Source: an uncultured Erysipelotrichaceae bacterium (lineage in GTDB: Bacteria; Bacillota_I; Bacilli_A; Erysipelotrichales; Erysipelotrichaceae). From it: a stretch of DNA of 48,446 nt. Shown piece by piece: positions 1 to 6,758 of the stretch. A model generated the notes under the pieces. That model had not been told where the DNA came from, ran no database searches, and saw only the letters and a list, made by a program, of their open reading frames with translations. Within the stretch, counting starts at the first letter, position 1. Every line of letters starts with the position of its first letter. A program made the position numbers and the translations under genes. The stretch spans positions 1-48,446 of the forward strand of contig CAZQFM010000001.1 of assembly GCA_964592705.1 (NCBI GenBank), read 5' to 3'.

Positions 1-86
1 TCATACTTCCCCAAAATGGGAATCGATATTTTCTCACACTCCAGTGCTCCACGCTTCATCAAAATAGAAACCTTATTCAAGAGCAT
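1..86 (-). CDS. 5' end of an unidentified CDS that runs off the left edge (visible residues: MLLNKVSILMKRGALECEKISIPILGKY...)
   Basis: ATG at 86..84. GGAGG (rc of 93..97) lies 6 nt upstream and a consensus sigma-A promoter lies further upstream. Absent from the ORF track because the window edge truncates it. Confidence 0.4.
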   Translation of the reverse strand, partial: MLLNKVSILMKRGALECEKISIPILGKY

Positions 87-104
87 AACATTCCTCCTCA
101 CTTG

Positions 105-150
105 ACGTAGTTTACTACGATAGTATAACGTAGTTTCCTACGTTTGTCAA
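105..150 (-). promoter_or_regulatory. Sigma-A type promoter (TTGACA-17 nt-TATACT) with two palindromic operator-like sites
   Basis: On the minus strand, the -35 TTGACA is rc of 145..150 and the -10 TATACT is rc of 122..127, with a 17-nt spacer. The spacer is almost entirely the palindrome ACGTAG-TTTC-CTACGT (128..143). A second palindrome, CGTAGT-TT-ACTACG (106..119), lies just downstream of the -10. The two sites form a 15-nt direct repeat with 1 mismatch, 23 bp apart. Confidence 0.55.
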
Positions 151-316
151 TATATAAACACATGATCATAGAGATGAGATTTCCTCTTTATATTAATCGT
201 ATCTTGTGCATCCTTATAGGTTATCCTAATTTACTAACATATAACATGCTTATTTGAAATAGCCTTGATGAACAATATTCTTTTTATATAGTAAAAAAAC
301 ATGAAAATCATGCTTT

Positions 317-1669
317 TTACTTTTTTAGTTTAATAGGTGAACCAAATAAAATCTTTTTACATTCTTTATAAGAGAATGGGATTAAAGGATATAAATATGG
401 GAACTTGATTGTTTTAATACTTAATAAAACGACAACATGAAGCAAAACACCCATACAAAAACCGGTCAACCCAAATAACAAGGATAAAAAACCAATGATG
501 ATACGAAACCCCTTATTAGCAAGAGATAATTCATAACTAGGTGTTAATAAATTCCCAATATTAGAAAGTGCAATCATGACAAGGATTTCGTTTGTATAAG
601 CTCCTAAATCAACGGCCATGTCTCCAAGTACAAATACAGCAATAAATCCCATAATACTTGATAAAACAGTAGGCGTATGAATGAGAGATTGACGTATCCA
701 TTCTACTACAATATCCGCAAAAATAATTTGAAATCCAAATTCAACAACCCGTAAATTTTCCATCAGAGGCAAGTTTAACATCGTTGGATTTTTTTCAATC
801 ATTAGCACAATCCATAGTGGTAACAAATACAAAGAAAATACTATACCGATAAGACGAATAACTCGTGTGAAAGTCGCAATAAGTGTTGTCTGTGTATATT
901 CTTCTATTTGTTTGGTTTGTTCAAAAAAGGTTGTAGGAATAATCATTGCTGTAGGTGTATTATCTACAAGTACAACAAGATATCCTTGTAATAAGTGAAT
1001 AGCACAAATATCAGGACGTTCTGTATAGCGTACATGAGGATATGGATTTAGTGTTTTTCCATATAACTCTTCACATAGATTTTGATCACTTAAAATTTCT
1101 GTTTCATCAAGCATAGTGAGACGATGTTCAAAATCTTGTAAAATATCTGGATCAACTAAATGTTCAATATACATATATGCTATATCTGTTCTTGTTTTAG
1201 CACCTTCTTTATTAATACAAACACGTAATTTTGGATCACGTATACGCCTTCTCACAAGACCAACATTTAAAATAATATTCTCTACAAAGCCATCATGTGC
1301 TCCACGTATACTCTTTTCAACACTAGGTTCAGCAGTACTACGTGATGGATAGTTTCTTGTTTCTAAACAATAGAAAACATCACTTCCCTCTACAATAGCG
1401 ATACTTTGTCCACTCAACATATTCGTAATAGCTTTATGTAAATCATTTTCTTTCTCTACAGATCCAGGATAAAACGTAAGCATAAGCTCATTTCCTGCTG
1501 TAATGACAATACTTTCAATAACATCTGCGATTATCGAACTATCCGATAGTGAGGATAAGAAAATAAGACATACTCTTTGTTCTTTGATAGTTACATTTCG
1601 ATATACGATATCAAAAGAAGGAGATACAACATCCTTAATACTTTGGATTTTTTCTTCAAAAGATAACAT
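317..1669 (-). CDS. spoVAF: Stage V sporulation protein AF (GerA-family spore germination protein)
   Basis: 450 aa. Soluble N-terminal GerA-type domain followed by several C-terminal TM segments. Last gene of a spoVAC-AD-AE cluster. Its start overlaps the spoVAE stop (TAATG). Confidence 0.8.
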   Translation of the reverse strand: MLSFEEKIQSIKDVVSPSFDIVYRNVTIKEQRVCLIFLSSLSDSSIIADVIESIVITAGNELMLTFYPGSVEKENDLHKAITNMLSGQSIAIVEGSDVFYCLETRNYPSRSTAEPSVEKSIRGAHDGFVENIILNVGLVRRRIRDPKLRVCINKEGAKTRTDIAYMYIEHLVDPDILQDFEHRLTMLDETEILSDQNLCEELYGKTLNPYPHVRYTERPDICAIHLLQGYLVVLVDNTPTAMIIPTTFFEQTKQIEEYTQTTLIATFTRVIRLIGIVFSLYLLPLWIVLMIEKNPTMLNLPLMENLRVVEFGFQIIFADIVVEWIRQSLIHTPTVLSSIMGFIAVFVLGDMAVDLGAYTNEILVMIALSNIGNLLTPSYELSLANKGFRIIIGFLSLLFGLTGFCMGVLLHVVVLLSIKTIKFPYLYPLIPFSYKECKKILFGSPIKLKK

Positions 1670-2022
1670 TACGATTTAGGTTTACATACAACGGCTACAA
1701 GAAAAGCAAATAAAATAGCACTTGTTATTCCACTTGTTGTTAAATCAAACATACCAGATAAAATACCAAGTAATCCATTTTTTTCTGCTGCCTCTAATGC
1801 ACCATGTATGAGCGAATGTCCAAAACTGGTAATTGGTAAAGAAGCACCCGCTCCAGCAAATTCTATTAATTGATCATATAATCCAAAAGTATCTAATGCT
1901 GCTCCTATTACAACAAATAAACTTGTAATATGACCTGCAGTTAATTTCGTATTATCATAAATGATTTGTCCAATAGCACAAATCAATCCACAAACAATAA
2001 AAGCATTTACATACATCATCAT
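1669..2022 (-). CDS. spoVAE: Stage V sporulation protein AE (SpoVAEb-type membrane protein)
   Basis: Small polytopic membrane protein with the SpoVAC/AE signature ...AGAGASLPITSFGHSLIHGA.... I place the start at ATG 2022, which is preceded by AAAGGAGTG. The ORF-track start at 2052 would overlap spoVAD. Confidence 0.85.
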   Translation of the reverse strand: MMMYVNAFIVCGLICAIGQIIYDNTKLTAGHITSLFVVIGAALDTFGLYDQLIEFAGAGASLPITSFGHSLIHGALEAAEKNGLLGILSGMFDLTTSGITSAILFAFLVAVVCKPKS

Positions 2023-2023
2023 A

Positions 2024-3016
2024 TTACGCACTCCTTTCGTATACAATTGCATGTGCTATACAAGGTATACTTTCTTTTTGTTGGATTGCTACAGGAGATA
2101 ATAAAGCTCCTGTTGCGATAATCATAATTCTTTTATATGTCCCATCTTCAATACCTTCTAATAGTTTTGCTAAGGAGACACACATACTACATGCACATCC
2201 ACTTCCTCCACAAAAAGCATCTTGCTTTGAAAAGTCATAAATCATTAATCCACAATCATGAAGTCGATTATCAATATCATAACCATCTTGTACACACAAA
2301 TCCATTAAGAAAGAATATCCTAATTTTGATAAATCTCCTGTTGCGATTAAATCATAATCTTTAAACGTAGTATTGGTTTGTTGGAAATGTGTTTTTAATG
2401 TATCGTAAGCAGCTGGAGCCATCGCTAATCCCATATCATTAGCATCTTTATGATCCCAATCTACAATTTTTCCAGGTGTAAATGCTGTAACTTTGATTTT
2501 GGTTTTCTTTCTACCTAAAATCAAAGCACCACTACCTGTAACGGTAAGTGTCGTTGTTGGTTTTTTCTGAATTCCATATTCATTAGGATAACGAAATTGA
2601 CGCTCTGCTGTCGCTACATGAGAACTCGTAAAGGCAAGTGCATGATCTGCCATATTATGTTCTACTAACATAGCTGCCTGCCCAATAACTAAAGAACTAG
2701 TAGCACATGCTGCATACATTCCTATAAAAGGAATATTCATATCACGTGCAAAGTAATGGGAGCTTGTTAATTGATTGATTAAATCTCCCCCTACAATAAC
2801 ATCTAAATCACTTACTTTCATATTCAACTTTCGAATAGCATGATCACATGCTTGATAAATAAGTGCTCTTTCAGCCTTTTCAAATGTCTTCTCATGACAA
2901 TAATTATCATCAAAGGTCTTATCAAATAATGACCCAAGGGGTCCTTCTTTCTCCATTTTCCCTACTGCTGTTGCTCTTGATTGTACATAAACATTTTGAA
3001 ATTTTATCGTTTTCAT
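2024..3016 (-). CDS. spoVAD: Stage V sporulation protein AD (thiolase-fold, dipicolinate-binding SpoVAD)
   Basis: 330 aa, recognisably similar to SpoVAD over its whole length (N-terminus MKTIKFQNVYVQSRATAVGKMEKEGPLG...). Sits between spoVAC and spoVAE. Confidence 0.9.
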   Translation of the reverse strand: MKTIKFQNVYVQSRATAVGKMEKEGPLGSLFDKTFDDNYCHEKTFEKAERALIYQACDHAIRKLNMKVSDLDVIVGGDLINQLTSSHYFARDMNIPFIGMYAACATSSLVIGQAAMLVEHNMADHALAFTSSHVATAERQFRYPNEYGIQKKPTTTLTVTGSGALILGRKKTKIKVTAFTPGKIVDWDHKDANDMGLAMAPAAYDTLKTHFQQTNTTFKDYDLIATGDLSKLGYSFLMDLCVQDGYDIDNRLHDCGLMIYDFSKQDAFCGGSGCACSMCVSLAKLLEGIEDGTYKRIMIIATGALLSPVAIQQKESIPCIAHAIVYERSA

Positions 3017-3018
3017 TG

Positions 3019-3465
3019 CTATGCACCAAATAATAGAAAGCGTATCGCTCCAAATACAAAGGCTGATACGATACCATAAGTAATAACAGATCCTGCCAAT
3101 TTAAACATATTTGATCCTATTCCATAAATAGGTCCTTCACTACGACACTCAAGAGCACTTGACGTTAATGAATTGGCAAATCCTGAAATCGGGATAAACA
3201 TACCTGCACCAAAAAATTGCGCAAACTTATCATAAATACCCAATCCCGTACATACCGAAGTAACAAAAATAAAGGTTACAATCATCAAAGATAATGCTTC
3301 CTTTTCATCCATGCTTAACATATTCATATAAACATGTAATAAAGCTTGTCCAATAATTGCGAATACACCACCACATAAAAAAGCTACGATTACATTTCGT
3401 AATTTATTATGCTTGGGGGTATGTTTTTTCGCTGTATCTTTTATTTGCTTTTGATCCATATACAT
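3019..3465 (-). CDS. spoVAC: Stage V sporulation protein AC
   Basis: 148-aa four-TM protein with the motif ...FGAGMFIPISGFANSL.... First gene of the cluster, with a GGAGGA RBS. Confidence 0.9.
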   Translation of the reverse strand: MYMDQKQIKDTAKKHTPKHNKLRNVIVAFLCGGVFAIIGQALLHVYMNMLSMDEKEALSLMIVTFIFVTSVCTGLGIYDKFAQFFGAGMFIPISGFANSLTSSALECRSEGPIYGIGSNMFKLAGSVITYGIVSAFVFGAIRFLLFGA

Positions 3466-3540
3466 TCCTCCTGCTCATAGTATGTACTTTATTCTTTAGA
3501 TTATGAAAGGAATCGATACATATCTTTACAAAACAATATA

Positions 3541-3565
3541 AAAAGCATTCCCTTTAAGAAATGCT
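3541..3565 (-). terminator. Probable intrinsic terminator after the MutS-related gene
   Basis: Stem AGCATT (3544..3549) pairs with AATGCT (3560..3565) around a 10-nt loop. A short U-tract follows on the minus strand. Confidence 0.45.
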
Positions 3566-3601
3566 CATTTTCCATATATTTCGATGAATAAGCTTGAGAT
3601 G

Positions 3602-5374
3602 CTAAGAATCTAAAAGACCTGCAAGCTTCATAAGTGCTCTTGCATTCGTTGTTGTACACTTACCTTCTTTCAATACATAATCAAAACAAATCTGATCCTT
3701 TTCATAATATTCTTCAAAATGATAATTTACTGCCTGTACAAAAGTATCTTTATCTAAATCACATAACTCAAAATCATGTGTCGAAACAAAAGCTATAATC
3801 CAAGGACAATGTAATTTACGTATTACTTCTTTTGCACAATAAATACGATCGATACTATTAGTTCCTTTAAATATTTCATCAATCAAGACAATCATTGGAA
3901 TCTTTTTGTTACTATATTCAATCATCTCTTTTATACGTAATAACTCTGCATAAAAAGTGGATATTCCTTTTTGTACCTCATCATGTACTCGCATAGAAGT
4001 GTATAATGCTAAAATAGAAGCATCCATAGATTCAGCACAAACAGGTGCACCTGCTTTCAATAAAACCATATTGACACCTAGCATTCGTAAAAACGTTGTT
4101 TTACCAGACATATTAGAACCAGTAATAACATAACTATTTGTTTCCATCTTCATAGAATTAGCAATCGCTTTTTCTTCTTGAATGAGAGGATGAAACCCTT
4201 CTTCTACTTGTACCATACATTCTTCTGGTTCTTTAACGTTAGGCATACACCACACTTCTTTTACCTGTGCAATTACGCATAAGCTACTCAGACTTTCCAT
4301 TTCTGCAACTGCTGATAACCATTCATTAATCTCATTACCATATTGATCAATCCATCGATTTAATAATGTGTGACACTTAAAATCTAATAAATATAATGCA
4401 TTCACGATAGCATATGTAAGAATGTTATTTCGACATTGCACAAGTATCGCAATACGTGATAATGATTGCATAGCTTTTAGAGCTTCTTGTAATTTCTTTT
4501 GTATACGACATAACGATGGATCTTGAAATGGAGTATGACAAATATGAGAAATCATATCTTCATAATCTCTTAACATAACTTGTATATTTCTAACATTATA
4601 CAATGATTTTTGATGATATGAATAACATAATAAAGATAAACTTATATTGATAAAACATAAAAGATAAAAATAACCAGAAGGAAGCCAATGACATAATGTG
4701 AAAAAACCTATTATTAATGTTAACACACGTAACACTGTTAGAAAGTACTCTATCCATTGATTCGTTTTATTAGCTTTCATATCTAACATATAATCAAAAA
4801 CACTACGTGATAATTTCTTACTATGTTTTGCAAATAATGAACTTTGTACTTGAAACTTATGCAAAAAATCTGTATTCTTCCATAATTCTAAAACTGCTAA
4901 TTGTCTTTCTTTTACTTCCTCTACATGTGGTGTTTGTACTGTTAATAATTGTACCACACGATCTCTTCCTAAGGGAGTATGTGCCATATTGATATATTGA
5001 AAAAGAGATGCATTTCCTAAAATATCTAAGTCAGATGCAACACCTGTCATAGTATCATATTCTGAATATGGCATATCTTCTTTTTTCCATTCATCACTTC
5101 TTCTTACCATTAGTTTTTGTAAAACAGAAATGGATTCCGTATGAAACTCTACTTTCTTTTTTAATGTATTATGCTTTTTCACAGCATATAAAAACATAGC
5201 TAACATAATAATAGCTAAAATATATAAAAAAGAATTATATTCTATAGCATAATATACAAGTGTAAGGATGCATAACATAAGAATACAACGAATAATTGCA
5301 TATTGAAAACTTCTCTTTTTTCCTCTTTGTAATTCATTCTCTATTGCTTTGATAGTACTTCCATAATCCTGCAT
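3602..5374 (-). CDS. MutS-related ATPase (MutS domain III/V only) with N-terminal transmembrane segments
   Basis: Walker A GSNMSGKTTFLR, Walker B MIVLIDEIFKGTN and an STHD motif are typical of MutS domain V. There is no mismatch-binding domain I and no Smr domain. About 4 hydrophobic helices occur in the first ~250 aa. Confidence 0.8.
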   Translation of the reverse strand: MQDYGSTIKAIENELQRGKKRSFQYAIIRCILMLCILTLVYYAIEYNSFLYILAIIMLAMFLYAVKKHNTLKKKVEFHTESISVLQKLMVRRSDEWKKEDMPYSEYDTMTGVASDLDILGNASLFQYINMAHTPLGRDRVVQLLTVQTPHVEEVKERQLAVLELWKNTDFLHKFQVQSSLFAKHSKKLSRSVFDYMLDMKANKTNQWIEYFLTVLRVLTLIIGFFTLCHWLPSGYFYLLCFINISLSLLCYSYHQKSLYNVRNIQVMLRDYEDMISHICHTPFQDPSLCRIQKKLQEALKAMQSLSRIAILVQCRNNILTYAIVNALYLLDFKCHTLLNRWIDQYGNEINEWLSAVAEMESLSSLCVIAQVKEVWCMPNVKEPEECMVQVEEGFHPLIQEEKAIANSMKMETNSYVITGSNMSGKTTFLRMLGVNMVLLKAGAPVCAESMDASILALYTSMRVHDEVQKGISTFYAELLRIKEMIEYSNKKIPMIVLIDEIFKGTNSIDRIYCAKEVIRKLHCPWIIAFVSTHDFELCDLDKDTFVQAVNYHFEEYYEKDQICFDYVLKEGKCTTTNARALMKLAGLLDS

Positions 5375-5416
5375 AATCTCACCTCTTACTTACCATTATA
5401 CATGTTTATAAAAGAA

Positions 5417-5446
5417 AACACCATCTAACGTGGTGCTTTCTCACAT
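5417..5446 (-). terminator. Probable intrinsic terminator after the LRR gene
   Basis: Minus-strand hairpin GCACCA-cgttaga-TGGTGT followed by TTTCTTTT. Confidence 0.5.
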
Positions 5447-5497
5447 AATATCCTTTTCTTTTTATAAAAACAAATATATATTCACATTTTTCTTCTC

Positions 5498-6640
5498 TCA
5501 TAAGGTTAATGTAACATCTAGCCTCTCTGTGCCATTCTTGGAAGTTCCACAATCATATGTATATTTAATAGTACTTCCATTTACATATCCACTGACAATA
5601 CCCTTTTCTTTATCTAGAGTAGCACCATTTATACTCGTGATTCTACTAGGGTCAATACCAGGAAATACTTCTCCTATATTAAATGTTTTTCCAATACTTC
5701 CTAAATCAATAGTACTTTCACTTTTTTCTATAGATAAATTAAGGTTATCACCTATATGTAACCATGTTAAATTAGTACTTAAAACTTGCAAATGTTCCAA
5801 TTTTGTATTCATACTTACATTTAAGCCCGTAATTTTTGACCATCCACATTCCAAATTCTTCAATAATAAATTCTGGCTTACATCTAATTCTGTTATTCCT
5901 GTACCAGAACAATCTAGTACTTCTAATTTATTATTCTGACTTATATCTAATTCCTCTATACCTGTACAAGAACAACCCAGATATTCCAATTTTTTATTAT
6001 TGCTAATATCAAGCTCCGTTATTTCTGTTTTATAGCAGCTCAGCTTATCTAATTCTATATTCTGACTTACATCTAAACTTGTAATTCCTGTGCTATCCAA
6101 CCACAACTCTGTCAATGCTGTATTCTTAGTTACATCTAATTCTGTGATTCCTGTACTCCAACAACTCAAAGATGTCAATGCTGTATTCTTACTTACATCT
6201 AATTCTGTAATTCCTGTGTTACTACAATTTAACTCTGTTAATTCAGGATTGTTACTTACATCTAATTCTGTGATTCCTGCTCCATAACACAACAACTCTG
6301 TCAATGCTGTATTCTTAGTTATATCTAATTCTGTGATTCCTGTCTGAAAATAAGTTAAAGACATAAGATTAGGAAAATGTTCAATTCCTTGTAAACTTGT
6401 TATATTTTGGTTACAAACTACCAATATATTTGTTATATTATTAATCTCATCACTAGATAATATACCATCTCTATCTTTATCAAAATTCTCTTTTATATAC
6501 TTCCTAAAATATCTATCAGGAAAATTTGCTTTCTTAATTTTTATATATCCTGTTTGTCCAACACATTGAATTCTTTTTATACTTCCTAAGAACCTATTTA
6601 CAAAAATATTTAGCCCTTTTTCCTTATGCGTTCTTTTCAT
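5498..6640 (-). CDS. Leucine-rich-repeat protein with about 10-11 units of 21 aa, an N-terminal cap containing a DxDxDG-like loop, and a C-terminal beta-rich domain
   Basis: Repeats of the type GITELDVSKNTALTELxCxxT. The N-terminal FPDRYFRKYIKENFDKDRDGILSSDEINNIT cap is typical of clostridial/Listeria-type LRR proteins. No hydrophobic signal peptide is visible. Confidence 0.85.
   Translation of the reverse strand: MKRTHKEKGLNIFVNRFLGSIKRIQCVGQTGYIKIKKANFPDRYFRKYIKENFDKDRDGILSSDEINNITNILVVCNQNITSLQGIEHFPNLMSLTYFQTGITELDITKNTALTELLCYGAGITELDVSNNPELTELNCSNTGITELDVSKNTALTSLSCWSTGITELDVTKNTALTELWLDSTGITSLDVSQNIELDKLSCYKTEITELDISNNKKLEYLGCSCTGIEELDISQNNKLEVLDCSGTGITELDVSQNLLLKNLECGWSKITGLNVSMNTKLEHLQVLSTNLTWLHIGDNLNLSIEKSESTIDLGSIGKTFNIGEVFPGIDPSRITSINGATLDKEKGIVSGYVNGSTIKYTYDCGTSKNGTERLDVTLTL
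5740..6435 (-). repeat. Tandem 63-bp coding repeats (LRR units), some copies nearly identical
   Basis: 6104..6154 and 6293..6343 match at 50 of 51 positions and lie exactly three units (189 bp) apart. The core acatctaattctgt(g/a)attcctg recurs with a 63-bp period. Confidence 0.85.
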
Positions 6641-6758
6641 AATTTATTTTCCTCTCTATTAGCTTTTCATTATACAAGAAAAGAAATTAGTTTGTATACC
6701 TCTATCAATATTATAATAAAACACCATGATAGATAGTGCTTTATCATAATATCATTCT

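Noticed and set aside
162-257. 31-aa plus-strand ORF, and small minus-strand ORFs, in the 160..316 spacer
   Set aside because: They have no RBS and no recognisable features. The region is better explained as the promoter-distal spacer plus the weak spoVAF terminator.
1116-1352. Short opposite-strand or overlapping ORFs listed in the track. Examples: 1116..1352, 2137..2364, 4807..4992, 9280..9483, 10585..10776, 11534..11740, 14220..14438, 14395..14763, 14728..14973, 16064..16375, 17856..18077, 18392..18703, 19973..20242, 20317..20511, 21906..22091, 23763..24008, 24306..24524, 25841..26053, 29110..29295, 29906..30100, 30380..30610, 31056..31406, 31877..32074, 33367..33636, 34162..34359, 35083..35295, 35939..36172, 36853..37179, 40941..41300, 43308..43529, 46601..46789 and 47304..47498.
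   Set aside because: All lie inside, or antisense to, long CDSs with clear family identity. None has a recognisable RBS or motif. Such ORFs are expected by chance in AT-rich DNA with few stop codons on the antisense strand.
3490-3530. Sigma-G-like promoter GTAAA-18 nt-CATAATC upstream of spoVAC
   Set aside because: Both elements match only partially. It is plausible biologically but not supportable from sequence alone.
5430-5939. 169-aa plus-strand ORF, and the 65-aa ORF at 6090..6287
   Set aside because: These are antisense shadows of the LRR gene. The periodic repeat keeps the opposite frame open. Neither has an RBS, and the products are low-complexity Ser/Val/Ile-Pro strings.
5740-6435. 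Regularly spaced repeats as a possible CRISPR array
   Set aside because: The period is 63 bp with no unique spacers. The repeats are in frame inside a 380-aa LRR ORF, and no cas genes are present.
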